From a virus (lineage: Duplodnaviria; Caudoviricetes), in the IMG/VR virus record IMGVR_UViG_3300043120_000039, positions 60,996 to 124,995 of that record: a stretch of DNA of 64,000 nt; one strand, 5' to 3'. A model generated the notes under the pieces. The model was not told where the DNA came from and did no database searches. It was given only the letters and a program-made list of their open reading frames with translations. This document shows positions 1-10,755 of this stretch, in pieces; position 1 is the stretch's first letter; every line of letters begins with the position of its first letter. Position numbers and translations under genes: made by a program.

Positions 1-32
1 GCTAAGATTAACACATCTGGATATATTGTCAA

Positions 33-425
33 CTAGTTTTCAATAATTTCAAATACTAAGTATTGTAGCATCTCAATGTCGCCATGAAGAATGTCATATT
101 GTTCCAAAGTTAAACCTTCTGAGTAACGTGTCATTGTGTCCTTCAAATCAGCAAGCTTTTCTGAAACTTCTTTTAATTTAGTAAGTTTCATGTTTTCTCT
201 GTCCGAATAAACTTCCACAACTTCATATACATCTTGGTCATCGAATTTCAAAGGTACATGCGTTGGTGCCATAATATACTTCTTAAATTGTAATTCGATA
301 GGTACATTAAAACGACTACGTTTCCAAGCTGATTTTGCATCACTAGCTTTGTTCCAACTACTTTTACCTGAATCAGCTACCCACTGTTGCAAAGTGTCTT
401 TGTTACGAATTATGAATGTGCTCAT
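33..425 (-). CDS. hypothetical phage protein
   Basis: 130-aa ORF with RBS-like GGAG, directly downstream of the polymerase-like gene. Confidence 0.75.
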   Translation of the reverse strand: MSTFIIRNKDTLQQWVADSGKSSWNKASDAKSAWKRSRFNVPIELQFKKYIMAPTHVPLKFDDQDVYEVVEVYSDRENMKLTKLKEVSEKLADLKDTMTRYSEGLTLEQYDILHGDIEMLQYLVFEIIEN

Positions 426-427
426 AT

Positions 428-1708
428 TTACTTCTCCTTTCTAATAGTACAATTGTTTGATGAACCAAGAACCATTTCAAATCCCTGCTTCATTACTTCT
501 CGCAACTTATCCTCTATAACATAAGGTGCTATAAACTCATCGAATACTTGTACAACTAAATAATCAGTATTCTGTAAGAAGTAGTTCATAACATAGTCAT
601 TAATCAACCCTCCTGCATATTGTAATTCGTAACCAAAATTACAATAGAAACAGTCACGTATTTGATAGTGAACTTCTTCTAACTTATCTAGTATTACTTT
701 CGTTGGAAATACAGGGCAGTAGAGTTTACCGGATTCGTAGAGTGCTTCTGCATCATAAGTTTTACGTAATGCTGATATAAGAGCTTTATCTGCTTGTTCA
801 TAAGATTCAGTGTTGAACATGATAAGCAGTGCTTTCTTGGCAACATCTCTCATAATACTTTTATCTATACCAAAAATTTCTATATCATAAGGGTCTTCCA
901 TAGGTTTGGTTAGGTGTAACATTTGGTAAGCAATAGACGGTTCAAAACCTTTGTAATCCAACCTAACCACATTGTATTCATCTATAATCAGCTTACTACG
1001 GTCTTCTTTAGACAACTGTTGAATACTTCCACCCTGCATATATGTTCTTCCACCTTTTGTTAAGGTTTCATTGTAAACTTTATAACTTTGTACATCAAAT
1101 TGAATATCATCTAAAGATATGGTATGGGATAGAGACCTTGTATTGTAATCTTGTAAATACCCACGAACCTCTTGTTTATGTGTGTTCATCTTAAAAGTCT
1201 TCTCCTTACCATCTTTATCTCTAAGAAATAATACATTCATCATAGGATCTTGTCCAAAAGTATTTTCATAGTTCATATAGAGTTCAATTAGTTTTGTTTC
1301 AGCAACAGCGTACGAAGGATGTGTATCAACAGGTCTCCATTTACCATCTACATAACCCCAACCCTCATAGCCACCTTTAACTACATCAATATAGCTTTCA
1401 TGATATAAGAAGTCAAATAATTTCATGGTGTATGTATAGCTAATCTTTCTCTTGGTGTCACGACCATTAACAATAACATGTTTACTATAGTGATTCTGGT
1501 TTAAGGTTAGAGGTATCTTACTCCTACCTTTTCTTATCGGATAGAATGAATTCAAGACCCAACACTTAACGACATTAGTTATCTTTTCTTCTCGACTACT
1601 GGTGATATTTAGCATCTCATGATCAACAAGGTATTCAGTGAACTCCTGTACTAATACTTCAACAAGTCTATTAAACCCTTTATTAATATTATAATCTAAT
1701 TGATACAT
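428..1708 (-). CDS. PolA/T7-RNAP superfamily (TV-Pol-like) polymerase, paralog 1
   Basis: GGRTY motif, motif A LDYKGFEP, motif B RDVAKKALLIMFN, motif C VFDEF; GAGGAG RBS; paralog of 56109..57386. Confidence 0.7.
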   Translation of the reverse strand: MYQLDYNINKGFNRLVEVLVQEFTEYLVDHEMLNITSSREEKITNVVKCWVLNSFYPIRKGRSKIPLTLNQNHYSKHVIVNGRDTKRKISYTYTMKLFDFLYHESYIDVVKGGYEGWGYVDGKWRPVDTHPSYAVAETKLIELYMNYENTFGQDPMMNVLFLRDKDGKEKTFKMNTHKQEVRGYLQDYNTRSLSHTISLDDIQFDVQSYKVYNETLTKGGRTYMQGGSIQQLSKEDRSKLIIDEYNVVRLDYKGFEPSIAYQMLHLTKPMEDPYDIEIFGIDKSIMRDVAKKALLIMFNTESYEQADKALISALRKTYDAEALYESGKLYCPVFPTKVILDKLEEVHYQIRDCFYCNFGYELQYAGGLINDYVMNYFLQNTDYLVVQVFDEFIAPYVIEDKLREVMKQGFEMVLGSSNNCTIRKEK

Positions 1709-1854
1709 TATACTCCTCTTTTAAGTGTATCATGGGGAACACCCTACTGTTAGTATTGAAAATTTATAAAATAATACATAAAATCTCCTATAACTCTATG
1801 AATCATAAGAGAAATTTTGTATGTTATAGGAGGAAACAGCGTGTACCACAGGTG

Positions 1855-2019
1855 TTATTTTGTTAATTCACGTTCCCCTCTAACCAGACATAAGCAATAG
1901 TATTCTTCTTCATCACCACGCTTTTTAGCCCTGTACATACGCTTAGTAATATTACTTTGTGATAACTCCAATGAACGTAAGAAATTTAAACGTTCGTGAT
2001 TAATTTCAATGTTATTCAT
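1855..2019 (-). CDS. small hypothetical protein (54 aa, MNNIEINHERL...)
   Basis: read manually; GAGG RBS; TTGACA(2075-2080)/TATAAT(2051-2056) promoter upstream. Confidence 0.6.
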   Translation of the reverse strand: MNNIEINHERLNFLRSLELSQSNITKRMYRAKKRGDEEEYYCLCLVRGERELTK

Positions 2020-2429
2020 AAACCCTCTCGAATACTTTGACCTATACCTAATTATACACTATTTACATCCTACATGTCAATTATCATGGACAGATAGTCA
2101 ATAATTAAAACCAAAATAACCTACTCACAAATCCACACAAATAAACTCCAATCAAGATTAATAACTTATAATCAAAAGGTTTACTCTCACTAGAAGGAAC
2201 ATCATCTTTGACATAGCGCACACCAATTGGTGGTGCAGGAGGTTTTGATTTTAATTGATTTTTCATTTAGAACCTCTGAACAGTCTTTCTGGCCTTTTAA
2301 CAATAGTGTCATTATCTTCTACAGTAACCCACCACCAATCACTAAAATCATTAACCCTCCGAATTAAGGTGTACTTCTCTTTTGTATGAATGTCATAGAC
2401 TACTTGGTCTTGTATATAGGAATTACTGC

Positions 2430-3319
2430 TCATAAGTTCATCTCCTCTAAAGTATAAACATAGTCAACAATATCCTGCACAGAAATATTACTGTCTTTCC
2501 AAGACTTACAACGGCTACCTTCACCTGAATCCGCAAGGTTTTGATTAGTTTGATTATGTTTATTCTCAAAATTCTTCAACATTTTAACAATCTGATACGT
2601 CTCAGGAAATTTATCCATCATCTTCTGAACATCAGGATGTGGTGGAGCTGGATAAGGTGTTTTCATAATTATACTCCCTTAGTTAATCTTAGTTTACCAA
2701 TAAAACCTTTAGCAATATTAAAGAAGCTGTGAGTTTTCTTATTCTTGCTATGTTCTTTCTCTAAGGTAAGCATACATGACTTAATAGCATAATCCCAACC
2801 TTTCTGGAATTGTTTATACCGTTCTTCGGCGCGCTGGATACCTTCTTTTGTCATAGGTAACATATGTGCCTCTGATCTACGCCATGCATGATAACATGCA
2901 CTCTCGCCTTCTTCTTTATCAAAATTATCCATTACTTTCCTCCATATCTTCAATCTCAAAACAATCAATAAATGCAAACTTTCCATCATCTGCAAGAAAC
3001 TCTTTCAAGTAAGTAATAATGTCACCATCATAATACTTCTGCAGAGATTCCTCATCAATAAAGAAGCCTTTGCTGTAAGATAATTTTAGGTTAATGTAAT
3101 CTTTGCTCACTTAATCATCCTCCAAATAATAGTATCTACAATTTCAACAATTTCTTCATCTTCCAGAATGTCTGGCATACTAGTATCATACTCTGAAAGG
3201 TACAACCCACTTTCTGTCCAAACTTCTTCATCCAAAAGGTATTCTCCATAGAAGTGTGCTGTTGTGTCATCTTCATAGAAATTACCTTGCCATAAATGTT
3301 CATATTTAGATTTACTCAT
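2430..3319 (-). CDS. cluster of four small hypothetical genes (2430-2666, 2669-~2932, 2925-3110, 3107-3319)
   Basis: abutting or overlapping ORFs with RBSs on one strand; the last two are acidic. Confidence 0.65.
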
Positions 3320-3475
3320 ACATACCTCCAGTGTAAGTATAATACTTCTCAGACAACGTGTAAAGCTTGTGGTAAGGTTTTAACCTCTAAGATGATAAAC
3401 TACCTTAGTTAATATTAATTCTTCACCACAGAGCTTACAGATACTATCTAAAGCTACATACTATGTCCTTACGGA

Positions 3476-3640
3476 TTAATCTTCAAGATTATACTGCACC
3501 CAACAAATTTCCTCTTGCTCAGAAGGACTCAGAATTGTGAAAGGTACTTTCTTAAAGTGATAAGGTTGGTCTTGTTCTTTGATGAACCAACCAATATGAT
3601 GCTCACGACCTTTATCATTTTTATTCCAGACTTCAAATAA
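3476..3640 (-). pseudogene. headless ORF (LFEVWNKND...LSPSEQEEICWVQYNLED), remnant of a gene related to 4937..5149
   Basis: no start codon, preceded by in-frame TAG at the TnpB element right end; C-terminus aligns with LSTEEEEQLCW of 4937..5149. Confidence 0.6.
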
Positions 3641-3780
3641 CTAAATGTGCAACAAGTGCAACATATTCACACCAAGGTGTGCATTTTATAGTGACGCTGT
3701 TATCTGTCGCCACTGAAAACATTATAGTTGTTTCAAACATTCTGTCAAGATATTTCTTGCAGCATTCAAATCTCTATCTA
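3641..3780 (-). ncRNA. putative TnpB omegaRNA/reRNA scaffold
   Basis: position at tnpB 3' end and right end; hairpins AGTGGCG..CGTCACT and CACACC-TT-GGTGTG; 5' boundary is a guess. Confidence 0.55.
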
Positions 3781-4819
3781 TACTAGAACCACAATCACAA
3801 CTGTATGTTCTATCTGACAGTTTTAAGTCTTCCTTGATGTTACCACAAACACTACACAGTTTGCTTGAAGGGAAGTATTGGTCAACAAACAATACTTTAC
3901 ATCCTCTTAAGAAGGATTTATACTCCAATTGTCTACATAACTCGTACATACCAACATCAGAGATCATACGTGATAAATTCTTGTTACCATTCTCAAGCAT
4001 ACCTTTGACATCTAAGTCTTCCATGCAAATTATTTCATATTCTGATGTCAAGTAGTCACTTACTGAATGTAACAATGATTTACGTTGTTGTGCAACATAG
4101 AAATGTAGTTTACTAATATTTTGCTTGGTTTTCGCTCTACGATTACTACCTTTCTTTTGCTTTGCAAGTCTTTGTTGCAATTTAGCTAGTTTACTTAATT
4201 GTTTAGAAAGTCTATTAGATTTTCCAATACATACACCTTCAGACGTGGTAACTAATGCCTTGATACCCAAATCTATACCAACATGTTTATTGCTTGTAGG
4301 TTGTTTAAGATTATACCCAGACTCTACTTCTACCAACACAGATGCAAACCATTTACCACCTGTTTTACTAATTGTCAATTGTTTAGGTTTACCTGTAAAT
4401 CGAAGTTTTTCTCGTAAAGATATAGGAGGTAGACTCTTAACTTTATTGAATTTCTCTATACGAAGTTCTCTGCCGACAACAGAGAATTTAGGTGATTGAG
4501 AGATTCTAAAGGAATCTTTGATGCCCTTCTTCTTAAACTTAGGAAACCCTTTCTTATTTTTAAAGAAACCTTTAAAAGCATTTTCAAGATTGTCAATAGT
4601 AGATTGGAAGATCTCTGTACTTAACTCGTTGTACCAAGTAAACTCATTACGACTACTGTAATAAAACTCTCTCGCAGATTTCTTCGAAAACTTATTCTCT
4701 TTATTCGAGAAATGTGCAACCATGTTATTCCATAAATGACGGGAACTACCACAAGCACTTTCAAAGAATTGTTCTTGCTCAAGTGTTGGACGTATCTCTA
4801 TCTTGTGTGCTAACAACAT
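3722..4819 (-). CDS. tnpB: RNA-guided endonuclease TnpB (IS607/IS605 OrfB)
   Basis: MLLAHKIEIRP N-terminus, RuvC motifs GIDLG, MEDL and DRDLNAARN intact, zinc ribbon CSVCG..CDCG. Confidence 0.95.
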   Translation of the reverse strand: MLLAHKIEIRPTLEQEQFFESACGSSRHLWNNMVAHFSNKENKFSKKSAREFYYSSRNEFTWYNELSTEIFQSTIDNLENAFKGFFKNKKGFPKFKKKGIKDSFRISQSPKFSVVGRELRIEKFNKVKSLPPISLREKLRFTGKPKQLTISKTGGKWFASVLVEVESGYNLKQPTSNKHVGIDLGIKALVTTSEGVCIGKSNRLSKQLSKLAKLQQRLAKQKKGSNRRAKTKQNISKLHFYVAQQRKSLLHSVSDYLTSEYEIICMEDLDVKGMLENGNKNLSRMISDVGMYELCRQLEYKSFLRGCKVLFVDQYFPSSKLCSVCGNIKEDLKLSDRTYSCDCGSSIDRDLNAARNILTECLKQL

Positions 4820-4907
4820 TATAAAATTCCCCATTTAAATATAATTGCAAATCCGCTTCCGTATAATACCTTCTATTGGTTGGTGTCCTACGAGCTTTAA
4901 ATATACT
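4790..4907 (-). pseudogene. remnant of IS607 TnpA N-terminal MerR-like HTH
   Basis: manual translation RRVSIFKARRTPTNRRYYTEADLQ, preceded by a stop; no serine-recombinase domain follows. Confidence 0.65.
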
Positions 4908-4936
4908 AACTCTTCTCTAAAGCGATTACAGAAGCT

Positions 4937-5683
4937 TTAATAGTATTCTCTCAATAGCCAGCAAAGTTGTTCCTCTTCTTCTGTAGAGAGTCGGATTGGT
5001 AAACGCACAAATCCAACCTGTTGCTTCTCACGTTCAAACTTTGCAAGACCTTCTGAGTTTACAACAATCTTACCTAATTTACGATGTGTAAAACTATCTA
5101 AGTCTATAATATTCAATTCTTTATCAACTTTTAATGTAGTCATAATCAATCTCCTTAGTGTATAGTTTTACATGCATCGTAAAGATAATAGTTTCCATTT
5201 GAAGCAATTCCAGCTTCAAGTTCCATTTTAAGATGTTCCAAGCACATGTCAAGATCAAAGTTGCTTAAATATTCTTCATTAAGATTAATGTTGACTTCAA
5301 TAGGGTAATCAAACAATTCAGAATAGAGTACCAGATCTAGACTTTCAAAAATACCAGAAGCATCTTCGTATTCACCAAGCTTGATTTCAACACTAAAACA
5401 TTGTATCTCATTCTTGATACGACCAAGTAGTAAGTAAATTTGTTGCATTTCTTTCATAGGTTAATCCTTATAATTTGGTTAGTTTAGAGTAATTCGGAAA
5501 ACTTCTCCAAGTACACCATTGCTCATCTGGGTAATCTTCATCAGCATACCAATCGAGTGTATCGTAACTTCCAAAACTATTGTCAACATTGCGATAGAAT
5601 ACCACATGGCTTTTAAACTTTCGGTAATGTGTTGCACCTTGTGGTGGATTGTTAATCATCTTAATAAAAGTTTCTTTCTTCAT
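4937..5683 (-). CDS. three small hypothetical genes (4937-5149, 5155-5457, 5468-5683)
   Basis: consecutive ORFs with RBSs downstream of the leftward promoter at ~5.72 kb. Confidence 0.7.
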
Positions 5684-5711
5684 AACTATCTCCTTTTCAA
5701 AATTTACCTTA

Positions 5712-5802
5712 ATCTTAGCAAACAGAATCTTGTTGTCAATAAGTATTTTGTAGAAAATTTATCATAGGTAAAGGTTGACTTTGGTGAGAGAGGTGGTATG
5801 AT
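5712..5802. promoter_or_regulatory. divergent sigma70 promoters at the strand switch
   Basis: minus TTGACA(5734-39)/TAAGAT(5712-17); plus TTGACT(5775-80)/TGnTATGAT(5797-5802). Confidence 0.7.
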
Positions 5803-5811
5803 TGAGGAAAT

Positions 5812-7562
5812 TTGTATATGGAGGGTTTTATGAAGAGGAATAACAAGAGGTTGAAAGCTGCTAAGAGAATTATTCATGAAGAATACATTGATAAGTATGC
5901 TGAAAGAGGTATGTCTAAAAGCAGAATCTACAAAGAAATAAGTTTTAGATTAGGTTATGAATTCCACTGCGCAGATATGACACATGATACAGATTTTGAC
6001 TATGTAGTTAGTGTTGTAAAAAGTGTAATAGAAGATTTACATGTAGAATATATGAGGAATTATTAAGGATAAGATCATGTTGGATGAAAAACAAGCTATT
6101 AAATTTTGGAATAATATTGCAAGAGGTGAGGTTATTGGTTACATTCCAGATTCACAACAGTATCAAGGTGATTATCTAACAAAACCTACATACTTAAGCA
6201 CTATCTGTGATCAATTTGAATTACCTACACTTATTGTGCCTTACACAAGTCACTTTGGTGCTGGATACGGGTGTGCACCAACAAGTCATAAACCTAATAA
6301 AGATGAATGTTACAGAGTTGCTAATTTCTTGAGAAACTTAGCTGACAGTATTGAAAGTGCTGGAGAGTAGTTTATGACCTCAGAAAGATATGATAAGCGT
6401 CACAAAGAATTGTGGAAACTTATGTGCACTTATGATGATGAAGATAACAATAATCATCAAGTAATATCCTACTTCTGCAAGAGAAATCGTGGTGATGCAG
6501 AAGATGTTGGTAAAATAGTCCTAGAGGCTCCTGTGATTGAATATAAGCACCTTTTCAAGACAAGTGAAGCAAGACTACTGCTTAAGAATAAATACTCTCA
6601 GAAACGCTTCTGGGAAGGAAATACACATACTTGCAATGTCATTGCTAATTTAGAACATTATCTAAGGCAGGCAGAAGATGAATGCTGTGGCAAAATATTA
6701 TTGACAAGCGAAGAAATTGCGTCTATTCTTGGAAAGAAATCTAAACGTTGAGGAGAAAACTTAATATGATTAAAACTTATATTACACTTGACAAGGCTAT
6801 TGCAAATGTAGAATACTTTACAACACCAAACAAGAAGGGTAAGACAAAATTAGATACTTGTGAAACAGGATTTACTTGTTATGCAAACAGTTTGCATGTT
6901 GTAAAAGACTATGCTTGTAATGGTAAACTGTCTGTTCCAACACAAGCAGAGAAAGCACAAAAAGTTTTGGATAAATTAGGGGGTAAGTAATGAAGAAGTA
7001 TGAAAATTGTATTGGTTACGTAGAAGGTGTAAATCCTTCACCTACAAACAAAGTAACTTTTAGTATTATTGAACTATTTGGAGAAACACCTGTACATCCA
7101 GATAAGTTTGAAAAGTTGGATCCACGATTAAAGTGGTTCGGCATTTGTAAAGAAAGTAAAAGTTTTTGTGTAGGTTGTGGTACACTTACGCCACATATTC
7201 CTTATGAACATCACACAGAATGTGGACATTATCTATCAAAAGAATATTGTCAAGAAATGGAAGTTTATAAAATTAAATGTATGGGCACTGAAAAGCAACG
7301 TTCCCAGCCACTTAAGGTTGAATTAAAGAGTGGTAAACTTTTGATTTCAATTGGTATTGACAACCTTGCATATGCCGTAAGTCATTCTGATAATTGGAAC
7401 GAAGAAGATAAGATTGTTGATACATATGAGTTTGCAAGAGATATTAAGACTACAATTTCAGATGATGGAGGTGAAGGAACAATTTACCATCTGTTTGATA
7501 TGGCAGCAATTGAAGCAGCAGAACATGGAAGTCTTGGTGTAGAATTTGGAGAGGATAAATAA
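5812..7562 (+). CDS. five hypothetical genes (5812-6066, 6077-6370, 6374-6751, ~6766-6990, 6990-7562)
   Basis: contiguous plus-strand ORFs; no recognisable motif. Confidence 0.65.
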
Positions 7563-7885
7563 TGCCGGCTATTAAATCTGATGGAGGAAGTTCTTCATAT
7601 TACGATATTGAGATTCCAGAGTGGCTATTGGAAAAACTTAATGCACGTAACATGGATGGTAAATGTTTTATCAAAACAGAAGAGATTAATGAAATTTTAG
7701 GTAATGATTTCAATTATTCTACCATTTTCAAGAGTATGGTTCGAGCTATCTCTATTGAGAATGGTATTGGTAAGGCAGGGAATACACATAGTTATGAGTG
7801 CAACAAGGTTCGATATTATATTGACCGTGTAGAAGATAAATTTAACCGAGGTAAATCTAATGCAGAAGAAAAAGATTGCAGTTGA
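7562..7885 (+). CDS. conserved phage protein, DUF3310/SaV-like
   Basis: DGGSSSYY N-terminal motif, F..FK..R..GK....Y...K..YY pattern. Confidence 0.5.
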   Translation: MPAIKSDGGSSSYYDIEIPEWLLEKLNARNMDGKCFIKTEEINEILGNDFNYSTIFKSMVRAISIENGIGKAGNTHSYECNKVRYYIDRVEDKFNRGKSNAEEKDCS

Positions 7886-8462
7886 CATCGACTTAGTTTG
7901 CACAGAAGATTTGGGGAATCGATGGTGGGATTATTTGGTGATGCTTTGGAAAGATCATCTGACAGATGATAATTATTACCAATTCGTCAAGGATTATGAA
8001 AATGGTTGTGCAGAATATAATCTGACAAAATACTTCAATCTACCAGATTATGCAGACCCTATGCTGTTCTGGAAACAAGATAACCTTTATGATGAAGAAC
8101 CTCTTGCAGAAGGTTGTTATGAAGTCGTCAAGAATTTATGGCAAGCAGGTTTTGAGATTTACTTTATTAGTGTAACAGAACCAGCACATATGCAAAGCAA
8201 GAAAGATTACCTTGCACGAAGTTTTGATTTTATGGATAATATCAATTTTGTTGCAACAGATGCTAAGGATTGTATGGATGGTTGTTTTGCAATAGTAGAT
8301 GACCGTCTAGATAATCTTAACGGATTTGAGAATAATGATACTCTTCGAATTTTATTTGACACACCATATAAACAGGATGTAGAATCAACACAAGATTACA
8401 AACTTGCTAAGAATTGGCAGGATGTAGAAGATTTTATTTGCCAGAGAATGGAGGCACTATGA
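7860..8462 (+). CDS. HAD-family 5'(3')-deoxyribonucleotidase
   Basis: IAVDIDLV motif I, IVDDRLDNL motif IV, ILFDTPY. Confidence 0.8.
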   Translation: MQKKKIAVDIDLVCTEDLGNRWWDYLVMLWKDHLTDDNYYQFVKDYENGCAEYNLTKYFNLPDYADPMLFWKQDNLYDEEPLAEGCYEVVKNLWQAGFEIYFISVTEPAHMQSKKDYLARSFDFMDNINFVATDAKDCMDGCFAIVDDRLDNLNGFENNDTLRILFDTPYKQDVESTQDYKLAKNWQDVEDFICQRMEAL

Positions 8463-8628
8463 AACGAGTAATGATTACAGATCCTGTGTATGAAGGTATG
8501 ACTGGAGAAGTGGTATCAGTTTGCACAGATGGACAACATCCTATGGCAAAAATTAAACTTGATGCAGATGGAAGCTTTTTGTTTCTATTTCTAGATGAAT
8601 TTGTTGATATTAAAGAGGAGAATATTTA

Positions 8629-9747
8629 ATGAAAGCACGTACTATTGAGAAAACAATTAAAGAGAAAGTTCTAGATTGGATGAATTCACTTCCTGTAGAA
8701 CTACAAGAATATGTTGGTAGCAAAGTTGTTGTAACAGGTGGGAGTATTGCATCTATGTTCCTAAAAGAACCTGTGAATGACTATGACATCTATTTTAAGA
8801 ATATTAAAGCAGCTATGATGGTAACACGTCATTACTGTCAAGAATGGATTACCAAAAACAATGAAGCTTCCAAAGCAGGCCATGTTAGTAAATCAATTGT
8901 ACCTAAATTACGTCTAACCTTTTCAGAAGATCTAGGTGCGGATAAGAAAGGTAATATTGCAGCAATTTTTACACACAAAGAGTCAAACACTCATTACCCT
9001 AATGGTAAGATGGTAATTCACCCAGAAGATGACGGCCTGAACACACTATTTGATTCTGCAAATTACTGGTCAGAAGTAGAACGTGTTGAAATCTTTATTC
9101 AGAGTGCTGGTATGGTGGGTGAAAACCCCGACGAAGAGTATGACTATTTTGAAAGTTGTGAACCGCAAGCTGCAGAAGATTACATTGATAAAACTATTAT
9201 GTCAGAAGATGCGTTGGAATCTAAATGTGATAAGTACCGCATTGTGTTTATGTCAAGTAATGCTATTACTCTGAGTGACCGTGTTCAACTCGTAATTCGA
9301 TTCTTTGGTGAACCAAGTAAAATTCATGATACATATGACTTTATCCATGCGACAAACTATTGGACAATGAAAGAAGGTCTTGTTACAAACACTAAAGCTC
9401 TTGAAGCTATTCTAGCTAAAGAATTAGTTTACAGTGGAAGTAAATACCCTCTTGCAAGCATCTTCCGTACACGTAAATTCTTGAAACGTGAATGGACTTG
9501 TCATGTAGGTAACTATGTCAAAATGGCAATGCAGTTGAATGATATGGATTTGTGTGACCCAGAAGTTCTTGAAGAACAGTTGACAGGTGTAGATGCTGCA
9601 TACCTACATCAGATTATCCGAGCAGTTAAAGATAAGAAGAAAGATGATCCAACCTTCGAATTTAATTCAACTTACATTTGCACACTAGTAGACCGTATGA
9701 TGGGTGTAACTGGTCAACAACCAGAAGATATTGAGGGTGTTCTATGA
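8629..9747 (+). CDS. Pol-beta-superfamily nucleotidyltransferase
   Basis: VTGGSIAS...VNDYDIYF signature, YDFIH motif. Confidence 0.75.
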   Translation: MKARTIEKTIKEKVLDWMNSLPVELQEYVGSKVVVTGGSIASMFLKEPVNDYDIYFKNIKAAMMVTRHYCQEWITKNNEASKAGHVSKSIVPKLRLTFSEDLGADKKGNIAAIFTHKESNTHYPNGKMVIHPEDDGLNTLFDSANYWSEVERVEIFIQSAGMVGENPDEEYDYFESCEPQAAEDYIDKTIMSEDALESKCDKYRIVFMSSNAITLSDRVQLVIRFFGEPSKIHDTYDFIHATNYWTMKEGLVTNTKALEAILAKELVYSGSKYPLASIFRTRKFLKREWTCHVGNYVKMAMQLNDMDLCDPEVLEEQLTGVDAAYLHQIIRAVKDKKKDDPTFEFNSTYICTLVDRMMGVTGQQPEDIEGVL

Positions 9748-9984
9748 TAACAAAAGAGTTAATCAACAAACTATTTGATGTTTGTGAAAAGTTAGATTTA
9801 GATTTCACAATATTTAATATAGGTCTGCACGAAGATAGTTTAGAAATTTATACTGCCGAGGAACATGATGAGTACCTTTATCATGGGTCTATGGGTGTTG
9901 AAGCTAAGTGTGAATCTGACATAACAGATTTTCTAAGATCAGTACGTGCCCAGAATAAATATTACAAGAATAAGGAGAACAACA

Positions 9985-10671
9985 TTGACTAAAAAAGAAC
10001 TAACATTGGCAGACATTCTAGCCTTTCAAACAAAAGTTATTGATTGGAATCAGATTTTTGGTATTAATCCTGATTCAAAAGAGTATACAGGACTTTATCA
10101 ACAATTGACTTTTGAAGAATGTTTCAAGGAAAACGAGTTAGTAGAATCTATTGAGAAAGGTGATATGGTTGGAGTAGCAGATGCTTTGGCAGACAATCTA
10201 TTCACCTGTCTGCAGTGGGCTGTGCTTGATGGTAAGCCTCTAACGCTTGATGACAAGCAATGGTTTGACAGAGTTGTCAAAGGTAATGACATGAAAACTA
10301 TTGCTCTTGAACAATACAAGGATGCTGTTGTCAATGGTGATTCATATAAAGCACAAACATCACTTTTGCACCTATTAGAAAGCTATTCAGATGTAATTGA
10401 TATTATTGGTGCATTCAATCGTGTGCACGAAAGTAACCTTTCTAAAGCTGTACATGAATCAAAAGATATTGACATTTCTGCAGAGATTGCTAATATTGAA
10501 TCACAAGGTCGATATGGAGATGTAACTTGTGTGAAAAGTGGAGAATATTGGGTATTCAAAGCTGGACAAGATGTGAGAGATGCTGTAGTATTTGATAAAC
10601 CAAAAGTGGTGAAAAGTAGTCACTTCCAAGATGTGAATAATCTTGGTGGATTAGGTCAATTCGTATATTAA
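9985..10671 (+). CDS. MazG/PRA-PH-like NTP pyrophosphohydrolase
   Basis: EE..E..VADALADNLF and F.RVHESNLSK motifs; TTG start after AGGAG. Confidence 0.75.
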   Translation: MTKKELTLADILAFQTKVIDWNQIFGINPDSKEYTGLYQQLTFEECFKENELVESIEKGDMVGVADALADNLFTCLQWAVLDGKPLTLDDKQWFDRVVKGNDMKTIALEQYKDAVVNGDSYKAQTSLLHLLESYSDVIDIIGAFNRVHESNLSKAVHESKDIDISAEIANIESQGRYGDVTCVKSGEYWVFKAGQDVRDAVVFDKPKVVKSSHFQDVNNLGGLGQFVY

Positions 10672-10755
10672 ATCTTGAGGATAATATATAAAATTACCTA
10701 TGATATACAACATAATTTAGAAACACAATATTTTATAAACTAAAGGAGAACAAAT

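Larger units (their letters stand above)
3641..4915 (-). mobile_element. non-autonomous IS607-family-derived element (TnpA remnant + TnpB + right end)
   Basis: TnpB ORF; upstream TnpA HTH fragment; downstream hairpins and TGTTGCAC direct repeats; left boundary uncertain. Confidence 0.7.

Noticed and set aside
428-1708. Calling the polymerase paralogs the replicative DNA polymerase or a T7-type RNA polymerase
   Set aside because: Too short, no proofreading domain, and motif B lacks the canonical YG; activity cannot be assigned from sequence
3340-3470. Degenerate intergenic motif family (also ~44440, ~52520, ~59610) with CTCTCAG / CTTACA-like words
   Set aside because: Similarity too weak to align confidently by eye; needs MEME
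3834-4499. Antisense and alternate-frame ORFs inside long genes (here and throughout the ORF track)
   Set aside because: Shadow ORFs without RBS or motifs, fully nested in well-supported genes
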